A stretch of 64,000 nt of DNA from Marsupella aquatica (GCA_973895155.1 OZ316893.1:23086015-23150014); one strand, 5' to 3'; positions 25,020 through 38,691 are shown, counted from the first letter of the stretch. A program made the numbers and translations. The notes: generated by a model not told the origin, from the sequence alone.

Positions 25020-25850
25020 GCATTCCTCGACTCCAGACGTACGTCACAAGAAACCTCTGTCAACTCAAGAAGTACAGCACCAGAAACCCCTGTTAACTCC
25101 GAACGTACGTAAAGTAAACTCTGCAGCTCCGAACGTAGGTATGTAAGAGTTCGTAAGAATTCCGAGAGATGTAAAGAAAAGCCTCTCAGCTCCAGACGTA
25201 CATAAAGATACACTGCCCAACTCTGATCGTATGTAAGAAAACCTTAAGACTTCCAACAGAAGTAAAGAAAAACCTTTTAACTCCAAACGTACGTGAAAAG
25301 GAACATCTCAACTCCGAACGCACGTCATAAGAAATATCTTTCAGCTCAAGACGTACATAAAGATAAAGTGAGCTTATGTAAGAGAAACCGTAAGGCTTCA
25401 GATGGATATGCAGAGAAAACTCTCAAACTCCGGAGGCATACCTAGAGAAACTACTCAACTCTGGACATACGTAAAAAGGAACGTCTTCACTCCAGACGTA
25501 GGTCATTAGAAATTTGTCAGCTCAAGACGTACTTAAAGACACACTTCTCAACTCTGAGCGTACACTAAAGAAACCTTGAGACTTCAAACGGATCAAAGTG
25601 AACCCTCTAAACTCCAGACAGAGGTGAAAAGGAACGTACTTCAGAACTATGTAAACTACGTTAATTTCTCCGACATACTAAAAACCAAACGTCTTCATCC
25701 CGAGCGTTCGTACGAGAGATCTTAAGACTTAAAACGGACATTAAGAGAAACTCCGAAACTTCAGAAGTATGGAAAAGGAACATTTCAGCTCCAGGCGTAT
25801 ATTAACAACAAACGTTTCAGCTCCCGACGGGTATAAAGGAACGCCACGAG
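25020..25850. repeat. Degenerate minisatellite, period about 30-33 bp
   Basis: A recurring core (a/g)ctcc(g/a)(a/g)acgtac(g/a)taaag..aaac appears at about 25031, 25064, 25097, 25127, 25160, 25190, 25221, 25281, 25312, 25345 and onward to about 25830. Confidence 0.8.
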
Positions 25851-26430
25851 AACCCCCATGGTACGGAAAAATGTGAAGACGTCGACGAAACTTCGAAAGC
25901 TCTAGTCCAACTTTTTGGTCTGAGTTTGGTGCAAAATGTTGTGTTTCCTGATGCGCAATGATCGATCGTCATAATCGAATCGACGAGATCGGAGTTCAGT
26001 CAATCGCGAGCAAAAAATTGCTCTGTTCTCTGCGTTTTTCGTGTTTCTCGGTGGTCCAGCAAGCGCGAAAGCAAATTCAGTGGAGGCAGCATCAGCGGTA
26101 CTCTTCTGGTGGACGTTCAAGCGGGAATTGAGGTGACGAATTGCTCCGAAACAGCAGCCATAGCTCTCTCTCCGATCGGGAACGCGTGATTAGTCATTGG
26201 CACCACCTTTTTCAGCAGGACGAACATTGACTTGAAAGAGAAGAGATACCGTGGAGATCAAGGTTCTTCTCTCAGCGTAAAGAATAAGAAGAAGACGAAG
26301 AAAAAAAGAAAAAGGAGGAGGAGATCGGTTGATGGCTTGAGGCGAAGGAGATACTTTAAGGGAGGGCATTGCGTTCCGCGGGATCAGGGGATGTGGATCT
26401 TGTCGGGTAAGCAACTAGAGAACGGGTGCT

Positions 26431-26483
26431 GAACCCCCCAGATCAGTAGGAACGGATCGTGTTTCTACTGATCTGGGAGGTTT
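26431..26483. other. Near-perfect 23-bp stem / 7-nt loop hairpin (candidate miRNA precursor core)
   Basis: gaaccccccagatcagtaggaac pairs with gtttctactgatctgggaggttt around the loop ggatcgt, with two G:U pairs and one C-A mismatch on the + strand. Confidence 0.4.
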
Positions 26484-27778
26484 CGAGTTTAGGGTTAAGT
26501 GGTGCAGAGTGATTGACTCCGTCATAGTCTGTAGGACTCACCTGTGACTGGGCGATTTATTCTTTGCTTGATCATTGCTTCATGCCTATTGCTTGGAAAG
26601 TCAAATGAACCGCCAGGCCAATAGGCATCTACCATAGTCGTCATCGTCGTCTACAATTGGATATAATTATGGTCACCAATCGATTGACCTACCCTATCCC
26701 TCACGTTGAAGTATGTCTGAGGGCACCCGTAGATGTTCATGGCGAATAGGTTGGACTTACGGTCGACCCTAAAAGCCATAAACACTTCCGGCTGCCATCA
26801 CGCTGTCATCAGCAAGTCCTGGCAATATCAGCGCTCACCAAATTTAGCATCATCTCCTGAAATTGCGGAGGAGGCTGGCATTGTCGTCAATAGCAAGTCC
26901 TGGTAACTCCAGAACTCACCAAAATCAGCAGGAGGCTGGCATAGTGGGGGAGGGTACCGACTGGAAAGAGAAAGAGGGGGAAGGTTCTGGACACTTCTCC
27001 GTTATGTAATAGTGCCTGTCGTTGTCTAATCATATACGTTGTGCGCTCTCTCCTTCTCTCACCCCTCGTTTGATTCGCCTATTCTGTTGCAACTATATTA
27101 GTCTCGTTCAAGTCCTTGGCAGCCAGATCGAAGCATTTTCTCAAAGCTCCCGCAAAGAAATCTAAGCTCGATCTACTCATCCTCTGTCTCGGTTTTGTTC
27201 GCTTCTACACTAGGTTTAAGCATTTTCTCGAAACTCAGCACAGAAATCTTAGCTTCACAAACACTGTATGTGCACGGGCATTTCGAGCATTCAGTGATCT
27301 TTCAAATAGGTCCAAACACGTTGTCGGAACACAGGACAGAAATCTTTGTTGAACAAACACTATGTTTGTGCACTGGCTTGCCTAGCATTCAGTGATCTCT
27401 GAATTTGAGTTACTAAAGTTTCTGCAATGATGGTACCTGCAGTTCACTTGAATGTCTCTGCGGCAATCAGGACTTCCGGTTATCGTGTTGTAACAAGCAA
27501 CTGACAGAAAATAAGAGTCGCTCTTCCGCTCTCCCGTGCAATTTCTCCCTGCTGACAAGGGCCCTGCGGACCGACGGACAACGCTTTTGGTAGGGAGAGA
27601 CCTCACTTCGCTCGGGAATGTGAAACGGAAGCCCCCGGCAGAGCGGTTTGTTGACAACTGCAGGTTGTTGTCGCCACAAGGCTTTGAAGGGTCAATACTA
27701 CTCCTCGTTGGCGCCATTTTTAAGTAGTGTGGGAGCATTCCGAACTCCAAGTTTCCTTTTGGTGCCACAGATCTATCT

Positions 27779-28204
27779 ATGATGGCGGGTTTGGAGATGA
27801 ACGATCGTAAGAAGATCGGGATTGGGCTCACGGGGTTTGGAGTCCTGTTTTCATTTCTGGGAGTTATATTTTTCTTCGACAAGGGTCTTCTGGCCATGGG
27901 CAACATCCTTTTCGTCGCTGGATTGACACTTACAATCGGCATGAAGTCAACGATTTCCTTCTTCTTCAAGTCACGGAATTACAAGGGCTCCATTTCATTT
28001 CTAGTTGGTTTTGTTTGTGTGCTGATGGGGTGGGCGATTATAGGGATGATTGTTGAATCGTATGGATTCATCGTCCTTTTCAGTGGATTCTGGCCCACGG
28101 CTCTAGTTTTTCTTGGCAGAGTACCTGTGCTGGGATTCTTTTTCAGACAGCCGTTTTTTGCAAGTTTTCTCCATAGATTTCAAGATCGAAGGGTGCCAGT
28201 GTAG
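27779..28204 (+). CDS. GOT1: Vesicle transport protein GOT1 (Got1/Sft2 family), single coding exon
   Basis: 141 aa: EMNDRKKIGIGLTGFGVLFSFLGVIFFFDKGLLAMGNILF...NYKGSISF...ESYGFIVLFSGFWPT...RRVPV, the typical plant GOT1 sequence with four hydrophobic segments. Confidence 0.95.
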   Translation: MMAGLEMNDRKKIGIGLTGFGVLFSFLGVIFFFDKGLLAMGNILFVAGLTLTIGMKSTISFFFKSRNYKGSISFLVGFVCVLMGWAIIGMIVESYGFIVLFSGFWPTALVFLGRVPVLGFFFRQPFFASFLHRFQDRRVPV

Positions 28205-29799
28205 TGTATTTGCCCTCCATACTCTCCTTCGCCGATAGTGAGTAAAGCTTTTTTGTAGATCTCAGTTCGGGGAGTTCCAAAGCACAAGCAATGAATGTAT
28301 AGGACATTGGTTCATGTACACAGAAGTTGGTCACTTTTTCGTGTCTGTATACTCTGTAATTCAAGGTAGGAGTGGCTTGATCATAAAAATAATTGATTAA
28401 GATCACATTGCAATATAGGTTTTGATGGCTCTGAGCCTTGTAAACCATTATGCACCCTTTGGTTGTGGAATCCACGATCTCGAACTTGTGGAGATCTGCG
28501 TTTCATCACCTCAGAACTTCTGGAGCCAGTAGCAAATACTAGCTCGATGTCCGAATGTGGATGAGAGATTTTGAAAGATTCTGGGAGGGGCCCTCCACAG
28601 TGCGCAAGATGTTTCAGGCTTTAGGTTTCTGCCGGGAGCTTCTCGGACCTCTAATTGAGAATTTATGAGGTATCATCAGATGTTCCAGATTTGGCTTCAA
28701 AGCTATACGGATTTAGGAATTGTCCAGAACGATGCACATGATTGCTGTCGCAAGACTGTGGGGTCTCTTCATTCTAATTCAAGTTTGAGTTCAGACAATG
28801 GCATTTTAGGTCGATGAAGATGACTTCTGCAGCAAGATTTGGGGGTCTCTTAGTTCTGCTCAAGTTACTCTCAGTATAGGCAACAATTCATTCCTATCAA
28901 GTTCCTTTCAATGTAGGCAATAAGGTTTTAGGGTTTTCATTTATATTCAATTAATGGTGCACCTTGTGGAGGGATTTCTGGCATGTGAGCTGACATGCCC
29001 AAAGGGCAGGTGCCCCAGGGCTCCTGCAAGTAATTTGCCGCTGCAGAGCTATCGAAGGTTTCGACTATATGTACAAAATGGGAACCTGCACTCACGTCCA
29101 TCTGGGTCCACAATTGACGTCTAGATTTATCATCTCGTTACCATGACGGAAATGCAGGTAAATAACCAATGAGAGTATTTTTAGCTTTTATCTTCCATTT
29201 GCAGTCCGATGCTCTCGTGATTAGTTTCCCTAACCATGGGGATGGCCACAGACAATATATTCTTTAATAGAATGTGAATACGAAGTCATCCAGCAAGTGA
29301 TACTTTTTCGTGTGGGGAATATGTGATCATATGAAATTAATCAGGAATATCTCTAATAGATGGTGATCAGAAATATTCTCTAATAGAATGTGCATAAAAA
29401 TCATTCAACAAGTGATACTTTTTCGTGTGATCATGTGAAACTAATCAGGAACGTGTGATCATATGAAATTAATTAGGAATATCTCTAAGGAGATGGTGAG
29501 TAGAAAGCATTTGGAGACGCTTCATTTTGCGATCATACACTCATGCCTCCTGTTCAACTTGATACTTGGTTCCCAAAGTCCATAGGGCTCATTTTTGCCA
29601 TCATAACTTCTGACTCTTAAGAAATGTTAGACTGGTCTACAGCTATCCTAAAGTGTTTCTTGATGCGTTAGCTCTAGTGCCCTATTTAATTCAAGTTGTT
29701 GGCCACGTATACTCTCTCATGCTATGGATCTTTCCAGAGTACTAAGATTTGTGAACCTAAGTGAATCTAACTAATCAAAGGTTAACCAACCTTAACAAG

Positions 29800-30530
29800 G
29801 CCAAAGTAACTACAGTGAAGAACCAGAGTCAGTTTCTAGCATCCTAGTTGTCACACTACCCACAATCTTAGATGTTACTAGCCCAACTACCCATTCTGTC
29901 TCTTACACAACCTTAGGTACTCCTGCCTCTTATATAATCTGGGTGGCCCGCTTATAGAACCTTACTCCTAATCTGGGTTGCCCTCTTGTGCAACCTTCCG
30001 CTTGTCTCCTACAAATCCAGTCTCTTACACAACCTCAGGTATTCCTACCTCGTATATGACCTGGCTTGCCCTCTTATACAACATTGCTCTTTTCTCCTAT
30101 AAATCCAGGTTATTTCCACTACTCTAATCTGAGAAGTTCCTAGCCTGACTGCCCTCGTTGAACATGAGTAGAGTTACTTTCCACTCTGCGTCTATTCACT
30201 TTGCACCCCAACTCTTAATGTCTCCTATAAATCCAGGTTGTTTTCACTTCTACAGTCTTAGATGTCACCAGCCTGACTACCCTTCTTTGAACATGAATAG
30301 AGGTGCCTTGTACATTTCCAATTTCTCCTATACATCCAGCTTTTCTTCACGTCGACAACTGGCCTGATGACCCTTATGTGAACATGAGTAGAGGTACCTT
30401 CTACATTGCGTAAATTCACTTCACTCCCCCGCCCTCAGTGTCTCCTATTAGTTCCCGTTGTTTTCACACAAATCTTTAATGTTACTGGCCTGACTCCCTT
30501 TCTTTGAACATTAGTGGAGGTGCCTAATCA
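29800..30530. repeat. Degenerate tandem/dispersed repeat region
   Basis: Recurring blocks tctcctat(a)aatccagg, cttacacaacct.aggta.tcct.cct, gcctgact.ccct...ttgaacatga.tagag and tcttagatgt.ac.agcc. Confidence 0.6.
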
Positions 30531-32017
30531 ATGTATCCATTCAGTGGGCACCCACCCTCAATATGGCCGTGCCCCAAACTCCCAATCCGGAGTTGGATTT
30601 GAGAATTATTTCTAAATTGAACAATGACTTCCTGAATGTTTTATTATAATATGGGCCCCACACAAAATGTTATGATTTATTTTAACTCCATGTTTTAGTA
30701 GATTCCTGTTGCTACCAAAACAAAGAGTTTAGGCATTATGTCTGAATCTCCCCAACCAGCCTCACTATTGCATACATAAAAACGCGACGGCGTTATAGTT
30801 GGATCCTTTCTAACAGGCCTCACGAAATCTTACCGCAAAGCAACCAGAAGCCTCACTATTGCCACCAAACAAAAGGTTATCTTTGATCTTTCCTAACAAG
30901 CCTCACCAGGAAATGTCACCCAAAACTAATAAAAAATCCAGCAGCATTGAAGTATACCAGTGCTTTTCATCCGTTGAGCCAAAGCAGTGTGCATCGTGTG
31001 TGCATCGTCTGGTCCACAGATGGAAAGACCCACATGCCCGTCGTCTCTCCTCTGAACTAACCAATCAAAGAGAATTGTATGCTTTGCTACACGCATCCAT
31101 TCATCAAGCATAGCATAGCATTGCATCATAGCATACAAAATATAGCATACATTCATCAAGCATAGCATAGCATGGCATCATAGCATCACAGCCGGACTTC
31201 TGGAAGTGACACAGGAAGAAGCACCAGACCTGGCCAAAATATCAATGCAATCGAGACCAGCTGGACTGCCACGTCAATGGTGGGCATTGTTTCCAGAAAA
31301 ACTGGCTTTACCAGCTTGATCATTATGTGCCATGCTCACAACCTACAAACCAGGGAAGGTTGGAATCAACGACATTCGTATCCAGTTTCCAGAGAGTGAA
31401 TCTCCTCGCTCTACTTGACTTATCCAATGCCGGGTGTGCCAAGGAATTAAAATATAGCAGCCAAGAGTCGGTCCTATCCTGAATACTGATTGACTTCAGG
31501 AAACTAACTGGCCTTACGCGGAAACTTCGGAGGCGTAAGGCAGAATGTCTAAAACTCATCTTACAAAGGGGAACTGCAATCTGACGCCACTAAAGAAAAA
31601 CACTTCTATCTGGGATCCCAAAGAACATATTACAACCTTTCATAATCAACAATGTTATCGAGACCTTGCACCTATTGACGATACACAAGATAGGTTATTC
31701 TGAAATTGGATACGTGAGGAAACTGCTCCTTGTTAGGGGCTAGCTTTACTGAGCCCTCACATGCCAACAATGCTCTCCATGTCCCCTGGAGACAATGTAC
31801 AAAGCTCCGCATAACCGCCAGGGACAACGCACATGTTCACCTCAAAAATGAGCCAGATCTACCCGTTACCTCCTTTCTCTATCGTTATCTTTCTAATGGC
31901 CCATAACTAGAGAGCAAACAATAGGCGGTTACATAGTACTACCAACTACGTAGTGGACACCAAATCAATGTGCAGCTCCTTAACGGATGTGCTTCACCAG
32001 CATATCACCAGGCATCA

Positions 32018-35000
32018 TCAAGCCAAGTATCTGAACATGTTGGGATTATCTTTGTCTCGTTCCAAATACTCTCGTGCAATGAGGTCTTCAATACGCTTCT
32101 TGATGACCTTGAAATCAGGCTGTTTAAAACACAGCAACTCATTTTAGTAAAAAGGTTCAAGCCAAATATCTGAACAGGGTGGGATTATCTTTGTCCCGTT
32201 CCAAATACTCTTGTGCAATGAGATCCTCAATACGCTTCTTGATGACCTTGAAATCAGGCTGATCAAACAGAGCAGCTCACTTTAGTAAAGCGTCTTCACT
32301 GGGTTTCGCCAGAGCGTAGAAAATAACCTTCTTTCCACGTAGACTCGGATTTACCTATAACTACGAGTGAAAGCACATCAGACAATTTGAATTTGGTGGA
32401 GCATGATGAGATATTACCTTGAACATTCGTCCCAGCTGCTCAACGCATTCAAGAACCAGCTGTTGATGAGGCAAAACCTTTCGACTCTTCATTATTCGGA
32501 CAATCGAAGCATCAATAGCGTAGCGCCTGTCTTTGTCTACATCTTCAATAACTTTCTTCTTCTCATCCATTGGGGGCAGAGGGATCTATCAACACATGCC
32601 ACGACAATTCACATGTTCCACTCAGAACATCAAATGAGTTCATTCGCGCAACTCCAAGCACAACACCCCCTGTTCTACTCATCCAGAGACTATTATCACA
32701 GATCACAATTGACAAAACTTTACAAGAACAGTCCAAACCTTGATACGTCTCATCTTGTCTGTAAATTTAGTATTGAACTCAAAATAATCTGTTGCCGTGA
32801 CTGTCTTCGTGGCTGGATCCTTGTTTAGAATCTTGTGCTTAGCGCAAGACAGAGAATGTAGCAATCTAACAATGTCTTCATCAGTCAGATTCAACTGTCC
32901 CCTGATATCTGCATAGCTTAGCTTCTCGGCTGCATTGAAAAGAAGTAGCACAGCAGCCTGGAGGAAAACAAGCAATTAATGGTAGGATCAGTCCTTCAAC
33001 AACCTTAACAAAGTAAACCCCGCTCTGTAATCTTGAGGAAAGGCTAACTCGAAACGAGACATGAAAGTCGGCAAGTACCTAAATACACATCCATTAATGT
33101 TCAATCTTGCCTGATTAAAAGATATGACATTCCATATGTGAAAATCAATTTATTATCCAGCCAGGGTAAAACAAAAACCTGATATGTTGTCACTATGAGC
33201 TCAATAGGTTTGGCGTCAAACTTTCCATTTATGTTACATGTCCCCAAAGAGTATATCCAGGTCAACTTCCGATGCTTGGTCTTTGTTTGATAGAAGTCTT
33301 TGAAGACTTCAACACATTTCACCTGCAATCGAAATACATCTAATCAGCTACCATCACTCCAGACCAGATTCATTACTTCCTTCAAACAGAAGTACGAAAG
33401 CAAGGAAGCTCACGAACGCTTACCATTTCAGCAGGCAGTGCAAGATCTGACGATTTGTAGCTGGGCCAGAATCCAGTTGTGAGCACCGTCACAGTCAGAT
33501 CAATTCCTGGGTTGGATGTCGAGTTCTCACTCAAGTAATCCTCAAATGAAGTTTGGTTCTCCCTTGCAAGGGTGAGATCGGTTACCTGCAAAATCGAATT
33601 TCGATATTACAACTTATCTGCAGAAAAATTGAACACGTTTACTTTCCAAAACATGCGTGTAAACTTAGAAACTTAGCTTACACTCAGAAACGGTAACGTA
33701 CCATGCCCTCCATCTTTGATGTAAACTGGCCCCCACACTGTTGCTTTAGCTTTGTAAGGATACTTCGCTCGTGATCATCATTTGCACTTTTATCAAAGAG
33801 AAGTCGACGAGCAAGCTTTTTCCTGGAAACACAAACGAAAGGAAAACCATTCAACAAAAAGGCATAATAGTTTTTTTTTAACTGCATTCCAATTACGCAG
33901 TGGTGCCACAACAGATTTCTTAACTTCTCATATGAAGGTAACTCGAACAACGATCACACGGAAAACCATGTCTTTCAAAGAGCTCTAAAACGTTGCACCA
34001 AATCAGACAAAACAGAGATATATAAAATGAACCTCACCTGTAAAATTCTGCAAATAGATCTTTATCACTGATGTAGGCAAGCAGTTTAACAACCTGGACA
34101 GATCAGCAGCAACATGTCAATCAGTGTTAAAGAAAGTGGAGAATCTCATCAACCGTGAGCCGGGTCTCGCCAAGAGAGAAATCAAAGCATCTGCCAATGA
34201 TTCCAAATCCCCTGGCCTTTGACAACCACAAGCATCCGTTCCAATACCATGACCCCAATTTCCCTAAGACTTCCCACACACATGTTTTCGACCTTATGCT
34301 GTACCAAAAGGGGTTTCGAGTCCCCAAACACCTTTTCAAGAGTATCCTCAATAGCTTCATCACTCAGCCTCTCACTGCCCCCCTTCTTCAAAAGATTGTC
34401 ACAGAATGTGGCAAGCAATTCGGCACTGGTACTTCCTGCAACACCTTTGTTGCAGAATACCTCAAATGCCTCCTTCAAAGCCTGTAAGAAAACATATCCA
34501 TTATAAAATGATGTGAGTATGTAATAATCAACGGTTGAACAGAGAATGTCATCCCAAACATCACTAGACAGGACATTCAGTGAGCAGTAGGAACCAAAGA
34601 ATGCGTTATTGAACAGTCAAATGACAAAACTTGCAAAATGGGTAAACAGCTAGAACCAGAAACGACAATATGGTAAGGTTGTCAAACCTTGTGGAAAAGG
34701 GAATGGTTGACAAAACATTCGCTCACGTACTGTAAGTACTTGTCATGAAGTTCGATAACCTTTCTCACAAAAGCCTGGTAGAAGCGGTAGAGAAAAAACG
34801 AAGTCAAAAACTTATAAGCCAAAGAGCATATAGCTTTGATATTCATTATATCTTACTGGCGTCCTCTGAATTACCAGCAAAACAACCTTTAAAGCGAAAG
34901 ATCATTCACGTTTGGACACAGAAAACGATGTTTACATGTCAAGTATTTTATATTGTGACATCCTAGGCAAGTCGGTAACCTGCAATAGACGACCAACTAG

Positions 35001-38000
35001 TGGCCATCCACTAAAACTGTTTTCAAGCCTGCTTAGGGTTAACTTCAAATTAGTTAAAGATGACATTCACAAACTATGGACATCTCTTATTGGCCTAGTC
35101 CAGCGTAATACCTGCTCTTGGCCACCATGTGTTTCCTTCTTTTCAGCCTGGCAGGGAACCCAGAAAGCAAAAATCAGGCCACCTTAAAACAATGCAAAAC
35201 AACTTTTGAGGTCACAACCTCTTTGAGTCATGTTACCCAGGGCTTCTGACAAAACAAGAATAGAGATTAAAGCAGCATATAAAAACAAACTCAGGATGAA
35301 ACTGCCTGCAAATGGATGGAGATTGACTGCCACTGCAAGAAACATGACTCCATTTCAGAAGAGCCTCATATCGAATATGAGGCTCAGACTAGATCAGACG
35401 AATCTTGTAAATTAGAACACTCACACCTGTTACACTCAAAATTATCCAGTACCAAAAACATGATGAGGGAATCACGAATGATCTGACAAGTACCTTCTTA
35501 CTACTAGCTGCGTCCTCTGCTTGCTTAACGAGAGTTGTTCCTTCATCTGTTACATGCTGGAAAACAAAGATGCAAAACGGGATCAGATGCACTTCAGGTA
35601 CAATAAAGCTAGATGAAATTCGAACTTGAGTCGTTTCCGAGCTTGGTCAGCAACTTATTGCACTTCGCCCTGAAACAGCACACTATACTCGAAGGTGCCC
35701 ATCTTCTCCTTTCCAAATCATTCAAGAAAAATCACTCCCAACTAAAATCTCTAAGATTCCAAAATTCCTCGTCTCTTTAAGATCCACACTTTAGAACCCT
35801 TACAGAAGAATACATATTGAAGATTACATGACTTGCACTCCTTGCCACAAATCTTGAACAACACTTATTAATGTTCCATTACTCAAGCGATCAATCCCTC
35901 AGGGCGCTCATTGATTATTTTCTATTTGCAAGATTCTCGTGGCAAAGCAAGCACCACGAGGTGATTCCCATACCACCATCGTCAAGAAACCCATTATGTC
36001 TAAGTCATGTCCATGCTTAAACAGACTGAGCCTTGTCAGGAACAACTTTATGTCTAAGTCATGTCCATGTTTGGTCAAACTGAGACTCGTCAGGAACAAG
36101 TTCAAGTGTAAGTTATGTCCATGCGTTGATCAGACTGAGACAAACCTGTCTGAAAATAGCAGCAACTGGCTCGAGTCCTTTGGGAATCCTGCAGAAGAGT
36201 CTGTACATCCTGGACAGATCTTCTACCTGTATACACCACGATTGTATTGGAATGAGAATATCGCCACTAGACAATCCAGCAAGGACACTGGAACAGGCTG
36301 GAACATTGAACGCTTTCAGATGCTGAATTCAAGAGTATACTGACTGTACTGAAGAAAGACAACGGCATTCGACTTTAAAAACATTTAGCTTCACTTATTC
36401 CTTAGCACTAGTTCGACAAATTCCTATTTAAAAATGTAGCAACGGTAAAATGGTCTTATCTAATCGGACCAACAAAAACAAGTCCACATATAGATCATTT
36501 ACAGATGGAGTGCTAATGCAGACCTTATCATCCCTCAGCAGGGCATGGCAACCTGAATGCTCCTTCTCCAACAGCTGATTCTCGTATATGGTAAGCAGCT
36601 CATGTTGAACTTTCTAAAATACAGAGAGCACATGTACAATGCGAGAGCCCAACATTTCAGCATTTTGAAGACCACGCACAATAAATCACCCTATACGTTT
36701 CAATCCATTCAATCCTTCCGCAAGAAAAAATACCTAAGCCAAAGCATAACCTTTCCCGAGGTGCATACATTTTCGACACCGCAACCATCCAAACAAACGG
36801 TGCTACCTCTCTGGAAAGAGATACCACATCAGGAAAGGAACTTAGAACAGAAAGGTGATATTCGACAGTACCTCCAACAGCTTCAGTTCACTGCTGGCAT
36901 GAAGATAGTGCCCGACTCTTTCCTTCTCCCTCTTCAGACATTCCTCAGCCTGCAGAGAATCGAAAAAAAAGGCGACTGTCATTCACAAACTCTGATCGTA
37001 ATGCTGCCAGGAGTGTATCAGTCAAAAACTCTCGGGTCACAGGTCCATCACGGCTAATACAAACCTTGAGCATGTAATCCGGGCAAGAATCCTCTTCAAT
37101 CCAAGACGCGGCCTTCCTGGAATAATAGGCTGCAGTGTCTGCGAGCATAGCAAGCTCAAAGTCGCTCTCGTAGGCATCCATGCTGCCCATCCCGATTTCC
37201 ACAAAGATTCCCAGAACGTTCTTCAGGAGGGCCCGATCAATTTGTTCTCCTTCTCGTTCTCGGTCAATCTGCCAAATTCAGGTTGTATCAGGGAAGCTGA
37301 AATGCTGCATTCGACTGTCACCTAACTATGGATACCCGCAGTCGTAATTATCAGAGAAGAACAAGAGGAGAACCCAGTTTATTTTTACCAGAGTGATGAC
37401 TGCGTCCTTGACGTTGTTCTTCATTTCTGAATAAACCTGCAAGCAAGCAAACCAGTTATGATCAATACATGAGGTTCGTCCAACTTGGCAGGCGACCAAA
37501 GAAAGATTTAAACGCAATGTCACCAACAATCAAAGACGCAGCGCAAATGCAGAGGATTCTATCTATTGCGAAAGAAATGCTTTGAACATCCCCCAGTGAG
37601 GTTATCCATGCACCTGATCCCGGAAGCACATAAGGCCAACTTCATTGAGAGCTGGCAACGACCTCCTTGCAATGAAATAACGGTCCAGGTAGTTGAAGAA
37701 ACGCGAGAGCCACCGCACCATAATCTTATGATTATCCCATCGCTTCACGAGCTCTCTCAACATGAATTCATCATGCTTTTCCCTCAGTGCAGGAAGAACC
37801 TGCCACAACACTCATTAGATGACCTCATAAGTTCGCCTAGGGCACAGCTCGCCAAAGAGATTTCTGATTTCCTAAAGAAAGCTGTGCCACAGAGACAGGA
37901 TTGTAAACTAAGGGCCGATCATAGCCAACAACAGCTGGAACGGGATTCTAAAGACTCCAATTCAGATGAATGCATCCCAGTTGGGCAAAGGACGGTTCAC

Positions 38001-38691
38001 ATTTTAACTGTAGAAATTTCCTAGACTGACGGTGAGATTCTCCCATCGTAGCGTTTACAGTAGATTCCCCCGAATTTTGACAGATAGAAGGGAGGATCTC
38101 ACCGTCTTGTGCACAAACCCACACCTTGAATGCTAAATAACCTGATACCTAACCTAATCTGTTAAAAACTTACACCCACAAGTCGTCGAAAGCAAGCGGT
38201 CACAACCTTGCGCAGAGTCTTAGAACGTTTCAAAGGAAGACTAAGCAGCCAAGCACAAGAGTCAGTTTTTCCAACAAATCAGAGAAGCCTTAATACCATG
38301 GTGTTGATGTACTCCTCGAAGGACTCCTTGTACCTGTCGTACAACTGTTGCGAATAATCCTGCGGGGGCTTTTGCGTACACATGTTGTATATGGTACTGA
38401 TGCAAAGGTCAAGGAACAGAACACAATAAAGCAAGCAAAGAGACAAAAATTCCACAAAAACTTGGAATAGGACAACTCTCCCTTTCCCTCATTCAATAAT
38501 TCAACCATTCCCTATGCCTGACAACATAAATGAGCTGAAAACGGATACGTGTACAGCATGATGTATTCTTCGGAGTTGAACTGCTGCTCCTGAACCCCCT
38601 CCAGGAGGTTCTTTAGCTTCGTGATACCTTTCTGCATAAAGGTCCATCCCTGCTCAAGCTCTATCACCTTCCGCTCGTTATTCATGGTCAT
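32018..38691 (-). CDS. CUL1: Cullin-1 (SCF E3 ligase scaffold), multi-exon
   Basis: ATG at 38691 ([32 protein letters not shown]...). Successive GT-AG exons encode [127 protein letters not shown], the neddylation motif IVRIMKSRK and a terminal [33 protein letters not shown]. Confidence 0.97.
32157..32258 (-). CDS. CUL1: Duplicate (alternative) CUL1 terminal coding exon
   Basis: Intact CAG acceptor followed by 34 codons, [33 protein letters not shown]. It is paralogous to the exon at 32018-32119, 139 bp away. Confidence 0.85.
   Translation of the reverse strand, partial: PDFKVIKKRIEDLIAQEYLERDKDNPTLFRYLA

Noticed and set aside
25020-25850. Possible CRISPR array or LRR-coding repeat
   Set aside because: Units are contiguous and degenerate, with no identical repeats separated by unique spacers and no cas genes. 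The context is eukaryotic and no long open frame spans the array.
27382-27969. 195-aa minus-strand ORF
   Set aside because: Largely antisense to GOT1 and its leader, with no domain.
35985-36125. About 54-bp tandem duplication in a CUL1 intron and the ORF 35939-36343 across it
   Set aside because: An ordinary intronic micro-duplication; the ORF is antisense to CUL1.
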